Of a stretch of 64,000 nt of DNA, positions 29,754 through 39,522 are shown piece by piece (the stretch's first letter is position 1; each line of letters begins with the position of its first letter). The position numbers and the translations under genes are program-made. This stretch comes from an uncultured candidate division Zixibacteria bacterium (lineage in GTDB: Bacteria > Zixibacteria > MSB-5A5 > GN15 > FEB-12), in NCBI GenBank assembly GCA_963806185.1, contig CAWDXE010000003.1:160001-224000 (forward strand), in the 5' to 3' direction. Under the pieces are notes generated by a model. That model worked only from the letters and a program-made list of their open reading frames with translations. It made no database searches and was not told the DNA's origin.

Positions 29754-29843
29754 AGGCTGGAATTAACCACTCGGGGGCGGAAAAGCAAAAGAAAAAACCG
29801 CCCATCAGGAGATTGGCGGCTGAACGCGCAGGTTAGATTGTGG

Positions 29844-30575
29844 TCACTTCTTGCCGCTTGATCGCGTGACCGCGCTCTTTTCGTCCGCCTTGTATATGCG
29901 GGTAACAGGCACCGTGTAGCGAGGGTAGCCGTCGGCCGCGACCTCGAAGGTAAACGACTCACCAAAGCTGCTGGTGACCTTTTCCCTACGAACCATGATC
30001 GTGACCTCGATGGAATCGTTCGCCTTGATCGACTTGGGCATCTCAACCGTAAAGCTCTTGTTGAGGGTATCGACGATGGCGATATCATACGGCTGGGCGG
30101 TTGGATTGTGGATCATGAACCTTGCGCGTCGCCGAGGTTTTTCTCCGAACTGAGATACGTCGATCTTGGCCGGACTCAGCGTAAGTGGTTTCATCGACTG
30201 CGGATCATCAGTCACGCTTGCATAGAACTTGAGGACAAACGGCTTCGACTCGGCGTTGGTGAAGAACTCCGGTCGCTTTTCAATATTCCCCGAGAGGCGG
30301 CGTGTCCGAAGGACAATCTCAACAGTCGTGCTTTCGCCCGGGTTGAGGACCGAATCGCGCAGGGGAATCTCGGTGCAACTGCAGCCGGGATCGATGCTGA
30401 TGATTTTCAGTGGCTTATCCCCAACCGACTTGATCCAGAAACTGTGATTGATATTGGGGCCCTCGGCGACCTGGCCGAAATTGTGCGTATCGTTAAGAAT
30501 CTTCACTTTGGGCTGAGCGATTGCGACACCAACCATCATCAGTATTGCAGCGGGTACTAGCAGGGTAGAGCGCAT
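29844..30575 (-). CDS. DUF1573 domain-containing exported protein
   Basis: HNFGQV...KSVGDKPLKIISIDPGCSCT...LNPGES pattern. Confidence 0.78.
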   Translation of the reverse strand: MRSTLLVPAAILMMVGVAIAQPKVKILNDTHNFGQVAEGPNINHSFWIKSVGDKPLKIISIDPGCSCTEIPLRDSVLNPGESTTVEIVLRTRRLSGNIEKRPEFFTNAESKPFVLKFYASVTDDPQSMKPLTLSPAKIDVSQFGEKPRRRARFMIHNPTAQPYDIAIVDTLNKSFTVEMPKSIKANDSIEVTIMVRREKVTSSFGESFTFEVAADGYPRYTVPVTRIYKADEKSAVTRSSGKK

Positions 30576-30594
30576 GGAGTGACCTCGCGGACCA

Positions 30595-31356
30595 TCAGGA
30601 AATCACATTGAACATTCGATCCCAACGGACCTTCTCAAAAAAGTGCACGACGTTAAATAGAAAGAGGCGGGGGACAGAGAGCGGATCGGTGAGTTTCACA
30701 TCAGGCGACGGACTGGCTGATTCATCCCATGACCAGTGAATGACCATCGCTTCGCCGAGGATCAATTCCTTGCGCACCGATTGCCAATAGCGGGAGTCAT
30801 AGGAGTTGTCCCGGTTGTCGCCCATCATGAAGTAGCTGTCGCGGGGGACAATATATGGGCCAAAATTATCCCGGCTGGAGGCGCCGGCAACTCTGGGCTG
30901 GATCACCTGTCGGCCGTCAACAGTCGTGTCAATGAACTTGGAGTGAGGCGGATTCTCAAATTTTACCCCGTTCACATACAAAACCTTATCTACAATGAGG
31001 ATCGTATCGCCCGGAGTCCCGATGCACCGCTTGATATACTTTGTAATGCCGTCGCCAGGCCAAGTGAAGATCACGACCTCGCCGCGCTTCGGCTCATGGA
31101 AGGCCGGAAGGCGCCAGTTAGTCAGTGGGATTTGCGCACCGTAGATGAACTTATTGGCCAGCAAAAAGTCGCCCACCAGAAGGGTGTCTTCCATCGACGA
31201 AGTGGGAATTTTATACGCCTCAACAATTGACGTCTTGATGATGAGGGCGAGGACAACGGCAATCCCGATCTGTTTGACATTGGTCCAGAACGACTCACCG
31301 GACTGGGTGATGGGTTTGGCCTTACCGCGACTGAGGGAAGTTTCACTTTTCGTCAT
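30595..31356 (-). CDS. lepB: signal peptidase I
   Basis: IPTSSMEDTLLVGD, YIKRCIGTPGD, YFMMGDNRDNSYDSRYW. Confidence 0.95.
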   Translation of the reverse strand: MTKSETSLSRGKAKPITQSGESFWTNVKQIGIAVVLALIIKTSIVEAYKIPTSSMEDTLLVGDFLLANKFIYGAQIPLTNWRLPAFHEPKRGEVVIFTWPGDGITKYIKRCIGTPGDTILIVDKVLYVNGVKFENPPHSKFIDTTVDGRQVIQPRVAGASSRDNFGPYIVPRDSYFMMGDNRDNSYDSRYWQSVRKELILGEAMVIHWSWDESASPSPDVKLTDPLSVPRLFLFNVVHFFEKVRWDRMFNVIS

Positions 31357-31430
31357 AGCGTATCTTATGGTTGTACGTCCATGTAGACCGATTAGTTTCG
31401 GGGTCCCGGAGGTTTCACTAACCGGTTGTC

Positions 31431-32492
31431 TTAGAATCCCTTGAACACTCTCACGATGTCATTATAGGTGACAAATACGATGAGCGCCAGAAGAAAGACC
31501 AGGCCGACCTGTTGTGCCACGGCGCGAGCCTTACGCGAAACCGGTGACCCCTTGATGGCCTCCACGGCGAGAAAGAGAAGGTGCCCCCCGTCGAGCACAG
31601 GAATAGGCAATACATTCAATACCGCCAGATTGACGGATAACAGGGCCATGAAGAAAAACAGATTGGGCAGTCCCTTGCGAGCCTCTTCCCCGGATTGCCG
31701 GGCAATAAAGAGCGGGCCCCCGATCATTTTTGTCGAGACCTGGCCGGTGACGAGCTGCTTGAGAAATTTCCCGGTCTCCCAGACTATGATGTGGGCGGTG
31801 ACGAACCCTTTTTGCACCGAACCGGCAAAGCCGTAGCTGTCGTACCCGACGATCTTCTGCGCGAAACCGATGACGCCGACAGAGTCGAGTTTCCCGTCGG
31901 CCGTCGAAATCGGTCTGACCTTGGTCGTGATATTCTTGGTAATGGTATCGGCACCGCGCACCCAGGAAAGATCGAGGGCTTCGTTATACCGTTTATTGAT
32001 CCGCGTGCGCAGAGAGTCAAAATTCGTTACGGGCAGGCCGTCAATTGCAACAATGACGTCGTTTTCCTGAAGGCCGGCCTCTTTGGCCGGGCCGCTTTCC
32101 ACCTGTCCCACCAGTATTTGCGTCTGGTCAAAACGGGGCTGCCCCACCATGAAAATGCCGATCAGGACGACGATGGCCAGGATATAATTCATGAACGGTC
32201 CGGCGAAGATCACGGCCGCTCGCTGGCCAACCGATTTCGACATGAATTCATCGGGTGAACCGGTTACCGTTTCGTCCGGGTTTTCGCCGGCCATCTTGAC
32301 GAAACCGCCAAGCGGGATAATGCCGACACAATACGTCGTCTCGCCACGGGTGAACTGGAAGATATTGGGCGGAAAGCCGAGCGAGAACTTCTCGACTTTG
32401 ATCCCGACTTTTTTGGCGATCAAGAAGTGCCCCAGTTCGTGAATGAACACCAGAATCCCAAGAACAAAGATGAATGCAATTGCTGTCGTCAT
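31431..32492 (-). CDS. rseP: RIP metalloprotease RseP
   Basis: HELGH, IPLGGFVKMAGE, PDZ domain, NVLPIPVLDGGH. Confidence 0.95.
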   Translation of the reverse strand: MTTAIAFIFVLGILVFIHELGHFLIAKKVGIKVEKFSLGFPPNIFQFTRGETTYCVGIIPLGGFVKMAGENPDETVTGSPDEFMSKSVGQRAAVIFAGPFMNYILAIVVLIGIFMVGQPRFDQTQILVGQVESGPAKEAGLQENDVIVAIDGLPVTNFDSLRTRINKRYNEALDLSWVRGADTITKNITTKVRPISTADGKLDSVGVIGFAQKIVGYDSYGFAGSVQKGFVTAHIIVWETGKFLKQLVTGQVSTKMIGGPLFIARQSGEEARKGLPNLFFFMALLSVNLAVLNVLPIPVLDGGHLLFLAVEAIKGSPVSRKARAVAQQVGLVFLLALIVFVTYNDIVRVFKGF

Positions 32493-33665
32493 CGATATTT
32501 CTCCACCAGTTTGCCTGCGACCGATCGGGCGGCCGCATCGGCTTCAAGAATTGTCTCCAGTTCAGGAGACGTGACAACGGACATACCGTTTAGGGTCCCT
32601 TCAACAATATCGGCAATCTGGACAAATCTTGCCAGATGATCGCGAAAAGCAGCAACGGCTATTTCGTTGGCCGCGTTGTATACCGCGGGCGCCGTACCAC
32701 CGGCCTTGCCGGCGGCATAGGCCAGACGTAGCATGGGGAACCGATCCATATCGGGCGGCTCGAAAGTGAGGTCTGAGAGCCTCGCCCAATCGATCTTTCC
32801 GAAATCCGACTCCACTCGTTCGGGCCAAAACAGCGCGTAGGTAATAGGCAAACGCATATCGGGCAGTGAAAGTTGCGCCACGACCGATGAATCAATGAAC
32901 TCTACCATCGAATGAATAATCGACTGCGGGTGGATGACTACCCGTATCTTGTCCGGCTCAAGATCAAAGAGGACCATTGCTTCGAGTAGTTCCAGCCCCT
33001 TATTGGCCAAGGTGGCAGAATCGATAGTGATCTTGGGACCCATTGTCCAGGTCGGGTGACGGAGAGCCTGCTCGACCGTTATTTCAACGAAATTTCGACT
33101 TCGGCAACGTTCGAAACGGTCCACCGCTGGAGGTGAGAATAAGCGCCCTAACCTCCCCCTCGTTGCCCGATCTTAACGCTTGCCAGATGGCTGAGTGTTC
33201 CGAGTCGATGGGGAGAATTGTGGCTCCCGATTTCTTAATCAGGTCGGGAAACAATGGCCCGCCCGCGACCAACGATTCTTTGTTCGCGATTGCAAGCGTT
33301 TTGCCGTGACGAGCCGCTTCGACGGAAGCTTTGAGACCGGCGGCGCCCACCACAGCGTTTACCACGATGTCTGCGTCAGCTAGTGCGGCCAGGCTGATGA
33401 GAGCGGATTCTCCCGCCAGAATCTCGACCGGCTTACCGGCCAGCGAGGATTCAAGTTCTTCCCGTTTTGATTCATCGACCACGCAGACGAACCGGGGCCG
33501 AAAGCAAAGATACTGTTCAATGAGGAGTTCGACATTGCCATAAGCGGCCAGGGCGAGGACGGTGAAGCGACCCGGATGGCGCACGACCACGTCGAGCGTG
33601 GATCGACCGATACTCCCGGTCGAACCGAGAATGACCAGCGAGCGAGGGCGTTGAGATTCTTGCAT
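32489..33665 (-). CDS. dxr: 1-deoxy-D-xylulose-5-phosphate reductoisomerase (one apparent indel at ~33091)
   Basis: LGSTGSIG, LAIANKES, PIDSEHSAIWQ, then in the next frame HPTWTMGPKITIDSATLANKGLE, HPQSIIHS, NAANE. Confidence 0.93.
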
Positions 33666-33775
33666 GTCCGCTTTATGAAACAATGGTTTAGGGGCCCGGT
33701 TCGGTATGGATGAGCAGAAGGGCGCTCATCGGTTCGATTTTGCTGAAACGTACCGGATTTGGCGAGCAACGCTAC

Positions 33776-33812
33776 AAAAATTAGCAGACCCCGTCCGTGC
33801 GAACGGGGTCCG
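33776..33812 (-). terminator. intrinsic terminator after the cyclophilin gene
   Basis: GACCCCGT...ACGGGGTC stem followed by a T-rich tail. Confidence 0.65.
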
Positions 33813-33827
33813 AATATGCCGAGCCAA

Positions 33828-34466
33828 TTACTTCACCGGATTGCCGGCAGCATCAGAAACGTACGCTTTCACGAGGACTATGTCCGGGAATGGCCGCGAC
33901 ATTGCCCCGGTGTTAGTGTCCGCAACCACTCTACTGTTGCCAATCTTGTGGAGTGTGTCGTAGCCCTTGATCAAGTGACCGAACACCGTGTACTGCCCGT
34001 TAAGATGCGGGGCCGCCGCCAAACAGACAAAAAACTGGCTGGAGGCGGAATTTACGTTCGGCCCGCGAGCCATCGATAAGGTTCCCTCAAGGTGCGGCAG
34101 GTCGGAAAATTCCGCTTGCAGCTTATAACCTGCGCCGCCGACCCCTGTGCCCTGGGGATCACCACCCTGAATCATGAAACCTTTCACCACGCGATGAAAT
34201 TTGGTGCTGTCGTAGAAGTGCTTCTTGGTCAGGGAGAGAAACGAGTCCGCATGCCCGGGAGCGACATCGTGGAACAGCTCGAGCACCATCTTGCCCATGG
34301 TGGTTTCCAGGGTGACAAACTGGTCAGTCTTGTTGCGAACCGGATGAACGATTTGGGCTAGACTATCATAGTTCGGCTGGGGCGCGGCAGCCTGGGCCGA
34401 GGCAGATTCATCGGCGGCCATTATCACCCCCGCGGCGATCGCCAAAGTGAGAAACAAAGAGCGCAT
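33828..34466 (-). CDS. exported cyclophilin-type peptidyl-prolyl isomerase
   Basis: FHRVVKGFMIQGGDP, GTLSMARG, SASSQFF, LNGQYTVFG. Confidence 0.92.
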   Translation of the reverse strand: MRSLFLTLAIAAGVIMAADESASAQAAAPQPNYDSLAQIVHPVRNKTDQFVTLETTMGKMVLELFHDVAPGHADSFLSLTKKHFYDSTKFHRVVKGFMIQGGDPQGTGVGGAGYKLQAEFSDLPHLEGTLSMARGPNVNSASSQFFVCLAAAPHLNGQYTVFGHLIKGYDTLHKIGNSRVVADTNTGAMSRPFPDIVLVKAYVSDAAGNPVK

Positions 34467-34657
34467 TGCTGGAAGGTTCCTTTCTCATTATTGAAAAGCC
34501 TGCTTTCATGTTCTGGGTTTATACACTCGGACCGGCAAGGTAGACGATCCAGAAAGGACTGTCAACCTCAAGGTTCGCCGGCGTCGGGGGAGAATTTTGA
34601 GCCCAACGAAGTTTTTGTTGAACCCATGCCCGACAGATTTGTAATTAGAATTACACT

Positions 34658-34810
34658 AGAAAGGAGGTGGTCCTATTTTGAAAACAGACTACAGTGAGGT
34701 GACTGCTATTTAGCCGCTTCCTCCCATAGCGTTAGTTGGGACAGCGCTAAATAAATCCCAACAGATTGCCGGCCCGGCCACCCAGTGAAGGTGGCCGGGC
34801 TCTTTCATTT
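34658..34810 (+). ncRNA. candidate small RNA/micro-ORF unit (extended SD, 11-codon ORF, H-type pseudoknot, terminator)
   Basis: AGAAAGGAGGTGGTCC; TTG ORF 34678-34713 MKTDYSEVTAI; pseudoknot TAGCGTT/AGCGCTA plus GTTGGGA/TCCCAAC; 11-bp hairpin with a plus-strand U-tail. Confidence 0.6.
34772..34810 (+). terminator. intrinsic terminator oriented for a plus-strand transcript
   Basis: GCCCGGCCACC-CAGTGAA-GGTGGCCGGGC-TCTTTCATTT. Confidence 0.75.
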
Positions 34811-36199
34811 CCGTGTGAATTTCAGCGATCGAAACGACCGGGACCCGGCCTCCAGAGGAGAACCGGGAGTTGCCCCCTGCCCAACGTGAATTTCGAAGAC
34901 CAGCCGGTTGGCAGAAATGTCCGTAAAGAAGGTCAGTCCGACAGTCGGGTATATGTAGATGTACGCCGGGTTCGCCGGATCCGACCCGTCATAGGTGCCG
35001 GTCACGACACCGTACACATTCTGCACCTCGGCAATAGTTGATCCCACGCCGATACCGTCTTTCGTCTTCTTGCTGTAAATCGTATTCAGAATGATACTGT
35101 TGACCGGCTCGTCGTCCTCGGCAACGTTATTATCATTGACATCTTCGATCACTGCGACGACGCCTAAAGGACCCTCGTAGACGGCGTAGTTCAGGGGGAA
35201 AGCCGGGCGCGGATCGGGGTCAATAGAAACCGGAGTGCCGTTAAGGGCCTTCACCGTACTGAACTGATCGCCGATGAGCAAATATTGACCCTGAGGGAAA
35301 GTCCCTCCCGGGACGACGGCATCGGCGCGAATAGAGACGTCGACCGAATCGATTCCGGGTATTCTTGCCCGGATTACGGCATAGCCGAGCAGACCGGAAA
35401 ACGCATAGGTGGGATGGGCGTATCCTGTCCCATCGACCTGCGCAGAATCCGCCGACAGCGCCCCGTCACCCAAGACAATGGAAAATCGAATGTAGGGCTT
35501 CTTTAGTAGCTGCGCCTGAGCGTCGCGGACGGTGAACTGAAGAGCCGGAGTGGCAGTCGACCCACCCATCAGTCCTTTGCTGAGTACTCCGTTTGGCGCA
35601 TCGACCGTGGCAGGAATCTCGACTCGGGCCGTTACCATGGCGGTATCAGTGCCATACTGATTGTAGGCAATAGCGCGATACGACGTGGTCGTTGCCGGTT
35701 TGATGAAGCGGGTCCCGTTCACGGCGTTCGATAACTTGCCCACCCCGCCGTTTACGACAATGGAATCGGCGCGCAGTGCCTGCCACGACAGTTCCGTGGA
35801 GTCACCGATCAGGAGGGTGTCAGCCAGGAGGTCAAATTGGGTTATGCTCGGGGCCACGGCCGTCATGGTTATACTCACCGCCGCGGAATCTTTTCCGTCG
35901 GTGTTGGTCGCGACGAGCGCGTACACGGTGGGAAGCAATGGTCCAACTTTGACGGACCCGGCCGCAACATTGCTGAGAACCTGCCCTCCGGGGTAGAGTC
36001 GGACCTCGGTGGCGCGAGTGACTGCGTAGGTAAGCGTTACCGAATCGCCCGGGATGATATCACTCGGCGTGGCGGTAAAGGACGTGATGGTCGGAGGATT
36101 CTTGGCCGGCTGGGTCGGCGAATCACTGCCACTGCAATTGATGAGCGCAAGAGCCGCGGCGCAGGCAGCAGCAGAGACAATAATAGAATAGACCTTCAT
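34805..36199 (-). CDS. hypothetical lipoprotein with Ig-like repeats
   Basis: Signal ending ALINC. Repeated PTITSFTATP / PSITQFDLLA...TTTSYRAIAYN modules, and DGIGVGSTIAEVQNVYG near the C-terminus. Confidence 0.75.
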   Translation of the reverse strand: MKVYSIIVSAAACAAALALINCSGSDSPTQPAKNPPTITSFTATPSDIIPGDSVTLTYAVTRATEVRLYPGGQVLSNVAAGSVKVGPLLPTVYALVATNTDGKDSAAVSITMTAVAPSITQFDLLADTLLIGDSTELSWQALRADSIVVNGGVGKLSNAVNGTRFIKPATTTSYRAIAYNQYGTDTAMVTARVEIPATVDAPNGVLSKGLMGGSTATPALQFTVRDAQAQLLKKPYIRFSIVLGDGALSADSAQVDGTGYAHPTYAFSGLLGYAVIRARIPGIDSVDVSIRADAVVPGGTFPQGQYLLIGDQFSTVKALNGTPVSIDPDPRPAFPLNYAVYEGPLGVVAVIEDVNDNNVAEDDEPVNSIILNTIYSKKTKDGIGVGSTIAEVQNVYGVVTGTYDGSDPANPAYIYIYPTVGLTFFTDISANRLVFEIHVGQGATPGSPLEAGSRSFRSLKFTRK

Positions 36200-36242
36200 G
36201 TGATTCCCACCATGCTGTTCGAGATTAGCGCCGGCAGTCAGA

Positions 36243-36917
36243 TTACATACGGAAGTAATACCGCAACCCGCCGCCGATTGTCAGATTCTTGGGACGATCG
36301 TTAGAGGCGAAGAGGTTCACGTTGTTGATCGACGCCAGGGTCATGAACGAGCCATCGTTGGCATTTCGCATCAGCGTAAAGTCAGCACCGAAATTGAGCC
36401 CGAGAGCACTTGAGAAATCATTTTGCGAATTGTAACCCTCAGCGGACAATGAGGCTATGCCCGCCTGAAGACCCAGACCGACATACGGCGCAAACGAGGA
36501 GACATTGAGATCGGCCAGGTAGAAGTTGAGATTGACGTCGCCTTCGTACAGGTTCAGATGGTAGTCCGTAAAATCCAAGTACTTGAGTGCGGTCAGGTCA
36601 ACGGTCTCGTTAAGGTTTGCCGTGGTGTATCGGAAACCGATGGACATGGCAAGGCGGCCCTGTGCGATGCGCCCGTAGTGGACGCCGAAACTGGGGCTGG
36701 AATTATAAAGGTCTTCGGCATCTACCGTATAATGGCGTCCGGCATCGATGAATTCAAAAGTCGGCACTCCGTTGTATTCACCCCACGGCGTGTTGTAGCC
36801 GGCGCTGAATTCGATGAAGTTCATTTGGCGAGCCGCACGAACGACAGCCTGAGATGGGACCGCGACGAGAGTAAGAAGGGCGATTAGGAAAGTAATCTGA
36901 AGCACTGACCGTCTCAT
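36243..36917 (-). CDS. outer-membrane beta-barrel (porin-family) protein
   Basis: Signal peptide, FAPYVGLGL, GLNFGADF, terminal GGGLRYYFRM. Confidence 0.75.
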   Translation of the reverse strand: MRRSVLQITFLIALLTLVAVPSQAVVRAARQMNFIEFSAGYNTPWGEYNGVPTFEFIDAGRHYTVDAEDLYNSSPSFGVHYGRIAQGRLAMSIGFRYTTANLNETVDLTALKYLDFTDYHLNLYEGDVNLNFYLADLNVSSFAPYVGLGLQAGIASLSAEGYNSQNDFSSALGLNFGADFTLMRNANDGSFMTLASINNVNLFASNDRPKNLTIGGGLRYYFRM

Positions 36918-36964
36918 GTTGCCTCCTGGGTGTCGAATTGGCTACTGCCACAAGCTAGGATTAG

Positions 36965-36993
36965 TATATAGACAACGCCGGGCCGCTTGTCAA
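36965..36993 (-). promoter_or_regulatory. sigma70 promoter for the beta-barrel/lipoprotein pair
   Basis: TTGACA-N17-TATATA, with GGAGG RBS downstream. Confidence 0.65.
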
Positions 36994-37185
36994 TTCGTGC
37001 AAGCCTCTGTGGTACATGCTCTTTATACGCATATCGGTCGACCGGGCCGCAATTCCGACCAATTTGATTTACGAAAGTCCGAACAGTGTCGCCGGACTCA
37101 GTATTGCCGATACAATAAGTGTTGCACTTCTCTGTGATTGTGCCTATTTTCACAAGGATTAAAAGCACATTGTTGAAAGGCAATT

Positions 37186-38100
37186 ATGGCAAGACCTAAA
37201 ATAGTAGTGATCGGAGCCGGCGTAATGGGGCAGGGTCTGGCGGAGGCGATAAGCAATGCTGGCCATGAAGTTACGCTGATAGACAAGACGACCAAGCAAG
37301 CCGAACGGGGCATCAAGGGAGTGGCTGAATCGCTCGATCGGGCGATTGGCCGCTGGGGTATGACCACGTCGGACAAGAAGGCAATTTTAGCCCGAATTTT
37401 CCCTTCATCGGATCTGTCGCAGGCGGAAGAAGCTGAAATCGTCTTGGAAGCGATCCCGGAAAATCTTCAGTTGAAGCGGGCGCTTTTTGAGAAACTGGAC
37501 TCAGTCTGCGGGCCAGATGCCCTCTTCGTGACCAATACCGCGACGCTTTCCATTTCGGAGATTGCCGCGGCGACCGGGCGCCCGGAGAAAATCATCGGGA
37601 TGCATTTCCTCAATCCCGTCTCGACGATTCCCTTGGTAGAGATTGTCCGCGGGCTGAAGACCGACGAAGCGACGTTCAAAAAGGCCGTGCAGTTCGCCTC
37701 GCTCCTTGATAAGAAGTATATCACGGTGACTGAGTACCCGGGGTATGTCACGACGCGAATCATCGTCCCGCTCCTCAACGAGGCCATGCACGTATTGATG
37801 GAGGGCGTGGCGACCGCCGAGGACATCGACGAAGCGATGAAGCTGGGATTCGGCTTCAACATGGGACCGCTGGCGCTGGCTGATCACATGGGTCTCGACG
37901 TGGTCATGTCCTGGATGGAAAATCTGCTCCACGAGTTGTCGGATCACAAATACAATCCCTGTCCGCAACTGCGCAAAATGGTCAGGGCCGGACAATTGGG
38001 CGTCAAGACCGGCAAAGGTTTCTTCACCTACGATGCCGACGGCAACCGGACCCGTAACGACATCCCTAAGATTGCGGCGAAAGCAGGGGCTACGAAATGA
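37186..38100 (+). CDS. hbd: 3-hydroxybutyryl-CoA dehydrogenase
   Basis: VIGAGVMGQG, LEAIPENLQLK, IGMHFLNPV, MGPLALADHMGLD, GVKTGKGFFTY. Confidence 0.88.
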   Translation: MARPKIVVIGAGVMGQGLAEAISNAGHEVTLIDKTTKQAERGIKGVAESLDRAIGRWGMTTSDKKAILARIFPSSDLSQAEEAEIVLEAIPENLQLKRALFEKLDSVCGPDALFVTNTATLSISEIAAATGRPEKIIGMHFLNPVSTIPLVEIVRGLKTDEATFKKAVQFASLLDKKYITVTEYPGYVTTRIIVPLLNEAMHVLMEGVATAEDIDEAMKLGFGFNMGPLALADHMGLDVVMSWMENLLHELSDHKYNPCPQLRKMVRAGQLGVKTGKGFFTYDADGNRTRNDIPKIAAKAGATK

Positions 38101-39310
38101 AGATACTTGTTCTCAATTGCGGATCGTCCTCGGTCAAATATCAACTGATCGATACGGACAAGAGGATTTCCATGGCCAAAGGGCTGGTGTCGCGCATCGG
38201 CATGAGCGGATCAGTCCTCAGTCATCAGGCTCATGGAAGGCGGAAATCAAGTTGTCAGCCGAAATCCTGGATCACATCGTGGCGGTCGAATTTGTCATTT
38301 CGATCCTGGTCTCAAGTAATCACGGCGTGATCAAGGACAAGTCGGAGATAGACGCTATCGGTCATCGCGTCGTCCATGGCGGCGAGAGATTCACCGATTC
38401 GGTGTTAATCACGCCCGAGCTGATGTCCGAGATGCGGTCCCTTATCGAACTGGCGCCCCTGCACAACCCGCACAATATCCGGGGCATCAATGCCTGTCAG
38501 AAGACTCTGCCGGATGTGCCTCAGGTCGCCGTATTCGACACAGCCTTTCACTACAAAATGCCCCCTCACGCGTACATCTACGGCATTCCGTACGTCTTCT
38601 ACAAACGATATGCCATCCGCCGCTACGGCTTTCACGGAACGTCGCACCGGTACGTGAGCGATCGCGCTGCCACCATGCTGGGCAAGAAGCTCACCGATCT
38701 GAGGATCGTGACAGCGCATCTCGGCAACGGCGCCTCGGCGGCAGCGGTCGATCGGGGCATCTCGATTGATACCTCCATGGGCTTCACGCCGCTTGAAGGA
38801 TTACTGATGGGGACGCGATCAGGTGACATCGATGCGGCCGTGATCCTGCACATTATGTCGCGTGAGGAATTATCACTGAACGAAGGAAATACTCTTCTGA
38901 ATAAGCACTCCGGACTCATGGGAATATCCGGGTTGTCCTCAGATATGCGTGAAATCATCGAGGGGTCCAAGACGGGCAATGCCCAGGCGAAACTGGCACT
39001 CGACGTCTATTGTTACCGCTTGAAGAAGTATATTGCCGGCTACGCAGCAGCCATGGGCGGCATAGATGTGCTGGTGTTCACGGCCGGTGTGGGCGAAAAT
39101 TCACCGATCGTGAGATCAATGGCCTGCCAGGGCCTCGAATTCATGGGCATCAAGCTCAACGAGGACAAAAACAAACTGGGGGTTGGCAAAGAGGTTGACA
39201 TTTCCGCCGACGACGCCACGGTCCGCACGCTCTCGATTCCGACTAATGAGGAATTGGTGATCGCCCAGGACACCGAGCGAATCGTTCACGAAATGAAGAA
39301 AACCAAGTGA
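38097..39310 (+). CDS. ackA: acetate kinase (one apparent indel at ~38237)
   Basis: MKILVLNCGSSSVKYQL, then in the shifted frame GHRVVHGGE, LAPLHNP, RRYGFHGTSH, HLGNGAS, FTAGVGENS, PTNEELVIA. ATGA overlap with hbd. Confidence 0.93.
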
Positions 39311-39394
39311 ATGCCGACTCGTAGGCAGGGAGCGGCCAGCCGGGCACATGGGGACCTGAGCCCCGCCTGAAATCCTGTCCAAACTCGCATCATC

Positions 39395-39433
39395 AGGCCC
39401 GCCGGTCGCAAACGCGACCGCGGGCCTCTTTTT
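39395..39433 (+). terminator. intrinsic terminator after ackA
   Basis: AGGCCCGC-CGGTCGC-AAAC-GCGACCG-CGGGCCT followed by CTTTTT. Confidence 0.75.
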
Positions 39434-39522
39434 ATCACCGACCAATTGGGGCGACTTTCCCCTTGACAAATTTGGGCCTGTCCCGTCTATTCTTCCACAG
39501 ACGAACAACCTGAGGAAGACAG

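Noticed and set aside
34658..34673. 16S rRNA gene fragment on the minus strand
   Set aside because: The match stops after 16 nt with no continuing AGCCGCA or other rRNA sequence, so it was treated as an SD-type element.
39463..39493. TTGACA...TATTCT promoter before the beta-propeller gene
   Set aside because: The spacer is 19 nt, so it is too uncertain to list.
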